Both the position numbers and the translations under genes were made by a program. The notes below the pieces were generated by a model, which was not told the origin of the DNA, searched no databases, and saw only the letters and a list, made by a program, of their open reading frames with translations. From NCBI GenBank assembly GCA_963716395.1, contig OY970309.1, positions 32,001 through 96,000 of the forward strand: 64,000 nucleotides of DNA. The letters run 5' to 3'. Every line of letters starts with the position of its first letter. Position 1 is the first letter of the stretch. Of this stretch, positions 21,486-30,532 are shown in pieces. This DNA comes from an uncultured Fibrobacteria bacterium. Lineage in GTDB: Bacteria > Fibrobacterota > Fibrobacteria > UBA11236.

Positions 21486-22532
21486 TTACGGCTTCGCGGT
21501 CGCGGCGGAGTCGGACGCGTTCTTGGCCGCGTTCTTATAGACGTCGGCGCGCTGCTGGAATCCGTCGGCGATGATGGTGGAGTCGAGGTTGCTTTTGTCC
21601 ACGACTTTGGGGACGAGCAGGATGCTGGGCACCTCGATTTTGCCGTTGGGCACCGCGGTGGTGGCTTCGTCGATCGGCTCTCCTTTCGCCAGCCGCACTG
21701 CAAGATCGGCGGCCTTGTCGGCCTCGGCGGTGAGCGGCTTATAAATGGTCATGCTTTGTGTCCCCTCCACGATGCGCTGGCAGGCCGCGAGATCGGCGTC
21801 TTGCCCGGTGACCAACACCTTGCCCGCCAACTTCTGCTCGGCCAGGGCCTGGATGGCGCCACCGGCCAGGCCGTCATTCGACGCCAGCACCGCATCGACG
21901 TGGTTGCCGGAGCGCGTCAGAGCGTTTTCCATGATCTTCAGCCCCTCCACCGGCAGCCAATCCTTGGCCCATTGGTCGCTGACGATTTTGATGTCGCCGC
22001 GATCGATATAGGGTTGCAACACCTGGAATTGCCCTTGGCGGAACAAAGTGGCGTTGTTGTCGGAGGGCGCGCCTTCGATAACCACGTAATTGCCCTTGGG
22101 TTTGCGCTGCACTAGGTATTCGGCCTGACGGGCGCCGACGCCGACGGCGTCGAAGGAGACATAAAGATCCACATCGCTGTTCAAAATCAGGCGATCATAG
22201 GCGATCACCTTGGCCCCCGCCTTGTGGGCCGAGGCGACGATGGTGGCCGCCGCCGCGCCGTTGTGCGGAATCACCACCAGCACTTTGACGCCTTGGGTGA
22301 GCAGGTTTTCGGCCTGGGAATTCATGCGCGCATCGCTGCCGTCGGCCACCTGCACCAGCACCTTGGCGCCCAATTGCGCGCACCGTTTTACGAAGGCCTC
22401 CCGATCATGCTGCCAGCGCTCGATTTGCAGCGTGTCCATCAAGAGTCCGATTTTCGGAGTTTTGTTTTTGGGGCTGCAACCCAGCAAACAGGCCAGCAGG
22501 CACAGCGTCAGAATTTTCCATCGCGGGGGCAT
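21486..22532 (-). CDS. xylF: Sugar ABC transporter substrate-binding lipoprotein (XylF-like)
   Basis: Lipobox LLGC; ERWQHDR, VIAYDRLI, ASNDGLAGG, TGQDADL, QSMTIYKP. Confidence 0.85.
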   Translation of the reverse strand: MPPRWKILTLCLLACLLGCSPKNKTPKIGLLMDTLQIERWQHDREAFVKRCAQLGAKVLVQVADGSDARMNSQAENLLTQGVKVLVVIPHNGAAAATIVASAHKAGAKVIAYDRLILNSDVDLYVSFDAVGVGARQAEYLVQRKPKGNYVVIEGAPSDNNATLFRQGQFQVLQPYIDRGDIKIVSDQWAKDWLPVEGLKIMENALTRSGNHVDAVLASNDGLAGGAIQALAEQKLAGKVLVTGQDADLAACQRIVEGTQSMTIYKPLTAEADKAADLAVRLAKGEPIDEATTAVPNGKIEVPSILLVPKVVDKSNLDSTIIADGFQQRADVYKNAAKNASDSAATAKP

Positions 22533-22772
22533 CGATTACCTCTTTTTCGTGAAACCTTCTGCGCCAAGCGCAAAATTTGGAAGGTGGAAAAAGTTAATAA
22601 ATCGACCTCGACCCTCGCCTGGCGAAGCCAGGGCACATCGCTTCCCGCTGCGAATCGGCAGGAACCTCGTGCGCACAGACGCCCCGTTGGCCGGTGACGC
22701 CGATCACAGTTCGCGCTGCGGTCAAAGGGTTACCTTTTTTAGGGAACTCTGTAACCGGACGTCGGAGGCAAC

Positions 22773-24491
22773 ATGGGCAAACCCGCGGCGCGATTGACCG
22801 ACAGCACAGCGCATGGCGGCCTGGTCACCGGCCCGGGCTGCCCGACCGTACTCATCGGCAAAATGCCGGCCGCCACCATGGGCGACATGCACGTTTGCCC
22901 CATGCTGACCCCGGGCGTGCCGCCCATTCCCCATGTGGGCGGGCCCATCACCTTGGGCAGCACCGGCGTATTCATCGGCAAGAAACCCGCGGCGCGCTTG
23001 GGCGATATGTGCGTGTGTGTAGGTCCGCCCTCGACCATCATCATGGGATGCATGACCGTGCTCATCGGCGAGGTGGGCAGCGGCTCGCAGGCCGCCAGCG
23101 CGGCCTCGGCATTAGCGGCGCAAGCGGCTAAAGCCACGGGCCCCAAGTCTTTGAAAGCGGGAGATCCTCCGCCGGTGCCGGAAGTGGCCACGGAAAACCA
23201 CGTCATCGACTGCGAATTCACCGACGCGGCGGGCAAACCCTTGGCCGGCGTGGGCTATCGCATCAAAGACCCCAACGGAATGGAAATCGCGGGCGGCAGC
23301 ACGGTGGAAGGCAAAGGGTATCATCCGGGTTACGCCAAAGCCGGGAGCTTCGAGATTCACGTTTTGTCGCTGAAGAACGCCAAGTGGAAGAAGAGCAAGG
23401 TGAAGATGGGCGAGGCCGCCGAGTTTTCGGTAGAAGCCGACTTGTTCGGAGACCACCCCGAAGTGTATGTGAACATCTACCAGTGCCGGGGCGGCCTGCG
23501 GCGCTGGGTGGCCAGCCAGGTGTTGCCGGTAAAAGGCGGCAAGGCCGAAGGCAAATGGCAGCCGAGTTATGAAGAACTGGGGGTCGAAGAAAATGACGCG
23601 GACGCGGCCGACGCTACGGATGCGGCGCCCCCGACCTATTCGGATCCGGCCACCTATGAATTCGTGTGCGATGGCAACGGCGTCATCGCGTTATCGGATG
23701 ACATGCATTTTGTCGACGACCTGGAGATCGAGTTGTTGGACGCGAAGAACAAGGGTGTTCCGAATGCGGATTACGAAGTGGAGTTCCCCAGCGGCGAGGT
23801 GAAGAAAGGAAAATTGGACGGAAGCGGGAAGGCGAAGCTGACGGAGGTCGAGCCGAGCCATGTGCAGATTCGATTTCCGGGCGAGGACAAGAAGCAGAAG
23901 GAGAGGAAGAAAAAGACAAATTCAGGCATGGCGAATGGGAGTCACGTTTCTGAATCCTCATCTGAGCATCATAAAGACAATTCGAAACAAGAAAATGCCA
24001 ACTTGCCCGGCCCTCTAAAATCTCAGATCACTTTCCTTTTCCCCCTGAAACATCGTCCCGAATTGAGTTATAAAACAGGACATCGCTATTTTGGAGCGGA
24101 CCGGAATAACGGGGCGAGGCTTCACGCGGGATGCGATCTAATCGTTCCTGCCGGAATAGAAATTCGGGCCGTCACCGACGGAATAGTGATCCAATTCTAT
24201 CCATTCTATGAAGGAACTTGGTGTCTTGAAGTCGATCACGGTTCTTTCACGGCAAGGTACAGTGAAGTAGATTCAAAGTTTCCCGAAGGCATCAAAAAGA
24301 GTGCGGCCGTCAAACGAGGTCAAATCATCGCTTGGGTTGGATTGATGGCATCAGGCAGCCATATGTTGCACTTTGAACTTTACAACAAAAATGCGAATGG
24401 CCAGTTGACTCAGCGAACCAACAAACCGTTTCAGCGAAGGTCGGATTTGGCGAATCCGACAAAAAGTTTGGATGAAGCCGTGATGGAGTAG
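22773..24491 (+). CDS. PAAR spike protein with transthyretin-like/Ig-like linker domains and C-terminal M23 peptidase effector
   Basis: Three PAAR motifs (PAARLTD, PAATMGD, PAARLGD) and a GGAGG RBS. M23-like HAGCD and HMLHFELY in an AT-rich C-terminal segment. Confidence 0.88.
   Translation: MGKPAARLTDSTAHGGLVTGPGCPTVLIGKMPAATMGDMHVCPMLTPGVPPIPHVGGPITLGSTGVFIGKKPAARLGDMCVCVGPPSTIIMGCMTVLIGEVGSGSQAASAASALAAQAAKATGPKSLKAGDPPPVPEVATENHVIDCEFTDAAGKPLAGVGYRIKDPNGMEIAGGSTVEGKGYHPGYAKAGSFEIHVLSLKNAKWKKSKVKMGEAAEFSVEADLFGDHPEVYVNIYQCRGGLRRWVASQVLPVKGGKAEGKWQPSYEELGVEENDADAADATDAAPPTYSDPATYEFVCDGNGVIALSDDMHFVDDLEIELLDAKNKGVPNADYEVEFPSGEVKKGKLDGSGKAKLTEVEPSHVQIRFPGEDKKQKERKKKTNSGMANGSHVSESSSEHHKDNSKQENANLPGPLKSQITFLFPLKHRPELSYKTGHRYFGADRNNGARLHAGCDLIVPAGIEIRAVTDGIVIQFYPFYEGTWCLEVDHGSFTARYSEVDSKFPEGIKKSAAVKRGQIIAWVGLMASGSHMLHFELYNKNANGQLTQRTNKPFQRRSDLANPTKSLDEAVME
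23741..23863 (+). repeat. Direct repeat copy 1 (123 bp, identical to 25906-26028)
   Basis: Base-by-base identity from cgcgaagaacaagggtgttcc to gagccgagccatgt; imperfect similarity extends about 25 bp upstream and 45 bp downstream. Confidence 0.97.
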
Positions 24492-24493
24492 AA

Positions 24494-25087
24494 ATGAAAA
24501 TCAGAAAATCCACCTCAATTTTTTATTCGGCTACATTGGCGCTTATGACGGTTACGTTTGCAATTTCGGCCTGCAAAAAAAAAGATGAGAATCCAAATGC
24601 GCAATCACAATCCACTTCTTCGCTAGTGCAACGGTCCGAACGGGTACCGGCGATGTTCGATACGATTGGCCATGCGCTTGCAATTGATATCAACGGTGAT
24701 GGACTAACTGATACCATCAAATCCGTGCACGTTCAGGCCCCAGAAAAAATCAAGAGCACATTTTCGTTGACCATCCCTGAAAAAGCGGATTTGGCGGAAG
24801 CCGACACATTCTCGAATTGGGGCTTGCTCGTATTGCTTGGAGATACCAATTCACCTAGAAAAAAGGACAGCCTGTTCTTTCCGGGCATTGCAGGCGTCAT
24901 TTATGATCAGGGGGATCCCGACATTGTTCGGGCTGACACTTCGTCCAATATGGAAATGCAAAAATTGAAGAAAGCGGGAATTCGCATGATGGTTTCTTTG
25001 TTCACCCAGTCAGGCGCTTCCATTTATTTGTATGAAACCCAAGGAAAATACAGGGTTTACTGGCCTTCGGAAGAGTCAGGAGATTGA
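24494..25087 (+). CDS. Putative immunity lipoprotein for the M23 effector
   Basis: Starts 2 nt after the toxin stop. Lipoprotein signal (FAISA-C), DINGDG Ca-binding-like motif, AT-rich. Confidence 0.68.
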   Translation: MKIRKSTSIFYSATLALMTVTFAISACKKKDENPNAQSQSTSSLVQRSERVPAMFDTIGHALAIDINGDGLTDTIKSVHVQAPEKIKSTFSLTIPEKADLAEADTFSNWGLLVLLGDTNSPRKKDSLFFPGIAGVIYDQGDPDIVRADTSSNMEMQKLKKAGIRMMVSLFTQSGASIYLYETQGKYRVYWPSEESGD

Positions 25088-25368
25088 GAGGAATCCGATT
25101 TATCAAATGAATCGGCTGTTTAGCATCTCCGTTTTGACATGTACCGCCTGTAAATTCGGCTCCCGCCAAACCGAAGGTAACCGCGGTGTTTCGGCTGCAC
25201 CCGACTCCGTCACCTTGCGTTACGGCGCTCCCGCCTCTCCTTCTTCAGGGAAAAACATGTTCAATATATTATTAACTATGTCTAAATATCAATGAAATGG
25301 TTAGTATGTACGGAGAAGGGATTTGCTCAACCCTACATCGTATTTGGATTCGGCTACGGATACCTGAA

Positions 25369-25881
25369 ATGGACTTAAAATGGTCAAGTACCAAAAAATT
25401 GATTGTGAGTTTGATTCTGGCTCACTTCAAGGTTTTGGCAACACCAGAATATTCAGTCCGAGTGATTTCAAAGCCGGAAGCGACTAAATTGATTCGAAAA
25501 CTTGATGGCGATGGGAAGCTGAGTCAGTGGGAGAATAGTCGTGGACTCTCAAAACATCCGGAATTTTATTATCAAGAATTCGGAAGAATAGATAGCATTG
25601 GTATATCTTACTTAATTTTTATAAAAAAACCTCAAAACAATCGAGATTCAAGTATCGTACTTGATGTAATCAGATTAAAATCAAAAAAACTCACCTACAT
25701 TGATATCACACACTGCACTTTTGCACCCTTCGATCCTGACAATGTTCCGACATTAGTTACGAATAAAACAGGAACGCCAATGATCTTATCCGCTTGGGTC
25801 GGTGATCCAATAACAGGAAAATTCGTTGCGGTTCCAAAGAATACCGTAAGTTGCAACTTTGACGAGAGTGACGAAGAATAA
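25369..25881 (+). CDS. Putative orphan immunity protein (exported)
   Basis: AT-rich ORF with a signal-like N-terminus from ATG 25369 (MDLKWSSTKKLIVSLILAHFKVLA); lies within the toxin/immunity array. Confidence 0.55.
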   Translation: MDLKWSSTKKLIVSLILAHFKVLATPEYSVRVISKPEATKLIRKLDGDGKLSQWENSRGLSKHPEFYYQEFGRIDSIGISYLIFIKKPQNNRDSSIVLDVIRLKSKKLTYIDITHCTFAPFDPDNVPTLVTNKTGTPMILSAWVGDPITGKFVAVPKNTVSCNFDESDEE

Positions 25882-26602
25882 CGAATTGAAGATCAAGTTA
25901 CAGGTCGCGAAGAACAAGGGTGTTCCGAATGCGGATTACGAAGTGGAGTTCCCCAGCGGCGAGGTGAAGAAAGGAAAATTGGACGGAAGCGGGAAGGCGA
26001 AGCTGACGGAGGTCGAGCCGAGCCATGTCAAGATTCGGTTTCCGGGAGAGGATGCGAAGCAGAAGGAAAAGGAGAAGGCGGAGGGAGGTGGGTCGGGAGA
26101 CTCATCACAATCTACGGAGAGCGGAAAGAGCAGTGTTGAAGCGGAAAAAAGGGGAGGTAATAATTCAAGCGCAACTGACACGGAGCATAATTGTATTTCG
26201 TTTCAGGATGGAACTAGTATTACAGCAGAGGCTAAATTATGGGTTGGGGTGCCCTATCTAACCGGAGGGGAAGATAAAGATGGGGCGGATTGTTCAGGAA
26301 GCGTTTTTGGGATATACAGAGACGCGGGTTTTCCTTTTCCTCGAGTCGGTTCCTATGACTTTCCGTCGTTAAAAAATTTCCAGCTTGCCCCCGATAATAT
26401 TCCGCAAGCGGGCGATGTTGGTTATTGGCCTGGACATTTAATGATATATGATTCAGAAGCGGGCCTTACCTCTAAGCATGAACAGGCCAATGGCTGGTCT
26501 GCATCTCATCCAGGTGGGACGCCCTTCAATACCGCGAGATTCCAATGGTTTGACGATCATTATCAAACACAAGTAAGATGGTATCGCTATTTAAAGAAAT
26601 AA
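25859..26602 (+). CDS. Orphan toxin cassette: transthyretin-like domain + linker + NlpC/P60 peptidoglycan hydrolase
   Basis: PYLTGG...GADCSGSV catalytic Cys and GHLMIY His. The N-terminal part duplicates the PAAR-protein linker. Only TTG starts are available ahead of the repeat, with no clear RBS. Confidence 0.78.
   Translation: MTRVTKNNELKIKLQVAKNKGVPNADYEVEFPSGEVKKGKLDGSGKAKLTEVEPSHVKIRFPGEDAKQKEKEKAEGGGSGDSSQSTESGKSSVEAEKRGGNNSSATDTEHNCISFQDGTSITAEAKLWVGVPYLTGGEDKDGADCSGSVFGIYRDAGFPFPRVGSYDFPSLKNFQLAPDNIPQAGDVGYWPGHLMIYDSEAGLTSKHEQANGWSASHPGGTPFNTARFQWFDDHYQTQVRWYRYLKK
25906..26028 (+). repeat. Direct repeat copy 2 (123 bp)
   Basis: Identical to 23741-23863 and in the same codon phase. 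Confidence 0.97.
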
Positions 26603-26604
26603 GT

Positions 26605-27330
26605 ATGAGATCTTCTCTAATTCCGTACAGATACTATTGGAATCAGCGAACTCTGCTTTTCGTCTTAGCAATTTCGCTTGTTAGTTTTGAATGCACTTTT
26701 GCAGGCAATTCACTAATTCCAGGAGATTATATCAGTCAAGAATATCTTGATAACTTGAGGTCAACATTTTCGCCAATGGCGGCCAACAAATTAGGTCATT
26801 TACAATCTCTAAAAATCATTTCCACGGATCAAAAATTATTCCTCCAAACCATTTATGACTTCAATGAAGGGGGGCAGAAATACCAAGTTTTAAATGATGA
26901 CTCGGTCCACTTAATTGAAGGAAAAGGCCTCAACCCATCGTTTAAAAAAATCGACTCGGCGACGATAGTATTTACTTTTGGCGATTTGCCCAAAAAAACA
27001 TTTAATTATACCGCGCATCTTGAACAAATTGTTGGCAGCATTTGTCTCTCAGGCGAGTATAAGAATTCAGCGAATCAAAAACTTTCGTTTTATCCAAATG
27101 GGACATGGTGTTTCAAAAACAAAACCAATCCTTTTAAAATAGGCATGTTTTATCCACCGAGTTTCAGGTTGGATTACTTCATAACGGACACGGGTGAGGT
27201 CGGATTTAAAAGGGTGAAAGATACGCTTCAACTGTTTAACACTATCGGGGGTTCATTGTTCGAAGATGGAAAGATTGATCTTGATCATCCTGAAGTGTTT
27301 TTAAGATTGAGCCCGGCTTCAAATAATTAA
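26605..27330 (+). CDS. Putative immunity protein for the NlpC/P60 cassette (exported)
   Basis: ATG 2 nt after the toxin stop; hydrophobic signal (LLFVLAISLVSFECTFA); AT-rich. Confidence 0.65.
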   Translation: MRSSLIPYRYYWNQRTLLFVLAISLVSFECTFAGNSLIPGDYISQEYLDNLRSTFSPMAANKLGHLQSLKIISTDQKLFLQTIYDFNEGGQKYQVLNDDSVHLIEGKGLNPSFKKIDSATIVFTFGDLPKKTFNYTAHLEQIVGSICLSGEYKNSANQKLSFYPNGTWCFKNKTNPFKIGMFYPPSFRLDYFITDTGEVGFKRVKDTLQLFNTIGGSLFEDGKIDLDHPEVFLRLSPASNN

Positions 27331-27479
27331 AACATCCTTGATGCGGGTTCCGGTCCTCAATCCGGCCCGAGACCGGTGCAGCGTCGCGCATGCGCGCACT
27401 CTCGGACCGCCGGAGAAAAATTCATTCGCCCCGATATCCGTCCAAGATTCCCGGCCCGTAAGGGTATCTTTACACCCCT

Positions 27480-28211
27480 ATGGAGGTTACAACGCCGGAT
27501 GCGCCACTGGCTCCGGGCCTGTACTTGGTCGCCACACCCATCGGGCATCTCGAAGACATCACCTTGCGCGCCTTGCGGGTGCTGAAAACCTGCGACCGCA
27601 TCTGGGCCGAAGATACGCGGCATTCGCGCATTCTGCTCGATCATTACGCCATCCGCAAACCGCTGGAGCCCTACCATGACTTCAACAAAGAACGCGTGAC
27701 GCCGGGATATTTACAGCGCCTGCGCGACGGCGAAGCTGTGGCCCTGATTTGCGACGCGGGAACCCCGGGCATTGCCGACCCGGCCTTCAACTTGGTCAAA
27801 GCGGCTTTGGCGCAAGACATCGCCGTAATTCCCGTGCCCGGCCCTTCGGCCTTGATGGCGGCGCTCACCGCGTCGGGCCTGCCCACCGACCGCTTCGCCT
27901 TTGAAAATTTTCCGCCGAAAAAATCGGCGCAGCGCATCCATAAGCTCGAAGCGTTGCGGGCCAAATGGGGCGAAGGCGAAAACCATGCTCCGACTTTGGC
28001 CTTCTTCGTCACTCCCCACCAGGTGGCGGCTTTTCTCGCCGAGATCGCGGCGGTGTTCGGACCCGATCTGTACGTGGTGGCGGCGCGCGAGTTGACCAAG
28101 AAATTCGAGGAGTTCCGCCGCGGCCCAGTGGCGGAATTGCGCAGTCATTTCGAAACCCATCCACCGCGAGGAGAGTTCACCTTGCTCTTTCATCCGCAGA
28201 ACAAGAGGTGA
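27480..28211 (+). CDS. rsmI: 16S rRNA (cytidine1402-2'-O)-methyltransferase
   Basis: LYLVATPIGHLEDIT, AEDTRHS, DAGTPGIADP, ARELTKKFEE. Confidence 0.95.
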   Translation: MEVTTPDAPLAPGLYLVATPIGHLEDITLRALRVLKTCDRIWAEDTRHSRILLDHYAIRKPLEPYHDFNKERVTPGYLQRLRDGEAVALICDAGTPGIADPAFNLVKAALAQDIAVIPVPGPSALMAALTASGLPTDRFAFENFPPKKSAQRIHKLEALRAKWGEGENHAPTLAFFVTPHQVAAFLAEIAAVFGPDLYVVAARELTKKFEEFRRGPVAELRSHFETHPPRGEFTLLFHPQNKR

Positions 28212-29812
28212 ACGTGAACGATTCCTCCGCGGGCGGCGGCCGCCGCGCGGCTTCGGTTTTGAGCTGGTGCGAAAACCATCCCCGTCTCAGCATCGCGCTG
28301 TGCTCGCTCCTGTGGGGATTCTGCTACCCGCCTTTCCCCTTCGGGCTCCTGGCCTTCGTCGTGCTGGTCCCGGCCTTCGCCGTGACTTCGAAGTTACGTC
28401 CGCGGCAAGCCTTCTCCGCCTATTTCGTCGGCGGCCTGTTGTACAACATCGTGATGTACTGGTGGATTTACAACGTCATCAAGGTGGGTCCGGCCCTGGC
28501 CATCGGTGGCGGCCTCATCCTGCTCATTCTTTTCCTCTCGCTTTTCAACGGCCTCATCGGATTGGGTTTTCGCCTGGCGCTGCGCCACCGCCTGCTGTTG
28601 GCCACCTTTCCCTTCGCCTGGGCCGGGCTCGAAGCCGCGCGTGCCTGGGGCGAAATGTCTTTTCCCTGGAACGATTTCGGATACACGCTCGGGCATAGCT
28701 TGCCGCTCATCCAAAGCGTGGCCTGGGTGGGAATTTACGGATTGTCCTTGCTGCTGGTCGCGGCCAATCTTTGCGGCCTGCAGGCCTGGCGTTCGCAAGG
28801 AACAAGACGCGCGCTGTGGCTGACGGCCTGGGTCGCGATTCCGCTGGCTTTGGCCCTGCAGGGCATCGCCACCTTGCGGCAACCGCATCCGGACTCGCCG
28901 TCGCTGGACATCAGCTTGGTGCAACCCGCCATTCCCCAAACCAAAAAATGGAATGAAACGTATTTCAGCGAGGTCATGGCCAAAACCTTCCGCACCCTCG
29001 ACGGACCGAAGGGCGACCTGGCCCCGGTGCTGGGTTCGGATCTGGTGGTGTTCGCCGAAACTGCCGTGCCCGACTTTCTCCGCAGCCGACCCGAGATCAT
29101 CGATTCGCTGTCGCGGCGCGCCCTGCTGCTGCACGCCCCGATTCTGGTGGGCGCCCTCGACTTCGTGCGCCAACGCAAGCCGTGGTCGGAATACCGTTTT
29201 TACAACGCGGCCTTTTTATTCCGCCCCGAAACCGGGTCCAAGGTCGAGCAATACAACAAAATGCGGTTGGTGCCGTTCAGCGAAAAACTCCCGTTCGAAA
29301 AAATCTTTCCCATTCTCAATTACGTGCATCTGGGCGAAGGCGATTTCAGTCCCGGCGACGGCTACCGCATTTGGGGCGGCCGCATCCGGTACGCCCCGTC
29401 GATCTGCTATGAAGTCATCTATCCCGACTTCGTGCGCCAAGCCAAGCGGGCCGGGGCGCAATTCCTGGTGAACATCACCAACGACAGTTGGTTCGGGCGC
29501 AGCAACGGGCCCTATCAGCACGCCAACATCGCGCGCTTCCGCGCCGTCGAGGCGGGGCTGCCCATCGCGCGCTGCGCCAACAGCGGCGTCAGCGTATTCT
29601 ACGACGCCTGGGGCCGCGATTTGGGGCACACGCGCCTCATGGACAGCACCGTCTTGCGCCGCCGCTTGCCGGTGCCGCACCGCGATACCTTTTACCAGGC
29701 GCATGGCGGCGCCCTCGACCATTTCTATCTGGCCGCGCTGGCGCTGTGGATGGCCGCGGCGGCCGGCCTGAACCTGCGGCGCGCTTCCGCCGGAACTAGG
29801 GGCCGCGCATGA
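28208..29812 (+). CDS. lnt: Apolipoprotein N-acyltransferase
   Basis: Multiple TM helices, FPWNDFGY, and the nitrilase triad E(FAET)/K(YNKMRLVPFSE)/C(ICYE); NITNDSWFG. GTG start overlaps the rsmI stop. Confidence 0.93.
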   Translation: MNVNDSSAGGGRRAASVLSWCENHPRLSIALCSLLWGFCYPPFPFGLLAFVVLVPAFAVTSKLRPRQAFSAYFVGGLLYNIVMYWWIYNVIKVGPALAIGGGLILLILFLSLFNGLIGLGFRLALRHRLLLATFPFAWAGLEAARAWGEMSFPWNDFGYTLGHSLPLIQSVAWVGIYGLSLLLVAANLCGLQAWRSQGTRRALWLTAWVAIPLALALQGIATLRQPHPDSPSLDISLVQPAIPQTKKWNETYFSEVMAKTFRTLDGPKGDLAPVLGSDLVVFAETAVPDFLRSRPEIIDSLSRRALLLHAPILVGALDFVRQRKPWSEYRFYNAAFLFRPETGSKVEQYNKMRLVPFSEKLPFEKIFPILNYVHLGEGDFSPGDGYRIWGGRIRYAPSICYEVIYPDFVRQAKRAGAQFLVNITNDSWFGRSNGPYQHANIARFRAVEAGLPIARCANSGVSVFYDAWGRDLGHTRLMDSTVLRRRLPVPHRDTFYQAHGGALDHFYLAALALWMAAAAGLNLRRASAGTRGRA

Positions 29813-30525
29813 AAAAAGCCTGGCCCACGATCGCGATCCTGCTGCTGGTCTTCGCCGGCATCTTGATTTGGCAGTTTGCCATTCCCCCATTCAACGCGCT
29901 GTTTCTCGCCCTCACCCGCCTGCGCGACCAGGCCGGCTGGGCCGGGGGGCTGTTGTATGTGCTGACCGTGGCCGTGGCCGAGGTGCTGCTGCTCCCGGGT
30001 TTCTTTCTGACCGTGGGCGCGGGGTATTTGTTCGGCGCCGTCAAAGGCACGCTGTTATTTGTGATGAGCGAAACACTCGGAGCGTGCTTGGCCTTCGGCA
30101 TCGCCCGGCATTTCTTCGGCGCGCGCATGCGCGACTATTTCCGTAAGCACCCGAAATTCGCGCGGGTGAACCGCGCCTTGGCGCTGGAAGGCTGGAAATT
30201 CATCGCCTTGACGCGTATGACGCCGCTGTTTCCCTTCAAGCTTTCCAATTACTTCTTCGGGGCCGCCGACTTCGGGTTCCACGATTTTTTCTGGGGAACC
30301 CTGCTCGGCATCATGCCTTTCTCGGTCACCTTGGTGTATCTGGGTTCGTTGGCCACCAATTGGGGTTCGCTGGCGTCCGGTCCGCCTCACTCCGCCGCCT
30401 GGAAAATCGCCGCGGTAAGCCTGGGGGTAATCGCGGTGGCGGGGCTGGCCTTCATCGGCCGGCATGCCGCTCGGCGCCTGCAGGGAAAGCTTCCGCCCGA
30501 GGACGAGCCCTCCGTCGATTCTTGA
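29809..30525 (+). CDS. TVP38/TMEM64 (DedA/VTT domain) membrane protein
   Basis: LPG..LTVGAGYLFG..KG, RMTPLFPFKLSNYFFG, GTLLGIMP. Confidence 0.9.
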   Translation: MKKAWPTIAILLLVFAGILIWQFAIPPFNALFLALTRLRDQAGWAGGLLYVLTVAVAEVLLLPGFFLTVGAGYLFGAVKGTLLFVMSETLGACLAFGIARHFFGARMRDYFRKHPKFARVNRALALEGWKFIALTRMTPLFPFKLSNYFFGAADFGFHDFFWGTLLGIMPFSVTLVYLGSLATNWGSLASGPPHSAAWKIAAVSLGVIAVAGLAFIGRHAARRLQGKLPPEDEPSVDS

Positions 30526-30532
30526 GATGCCG

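Noticed and set aside
25125-25250. GC-richer patch inside the toxin island as an IS end or group II intron remnant
   Set aside because: No terminal inverted repeat partner, target duplication or convincing domain V could be found; left unassigned.
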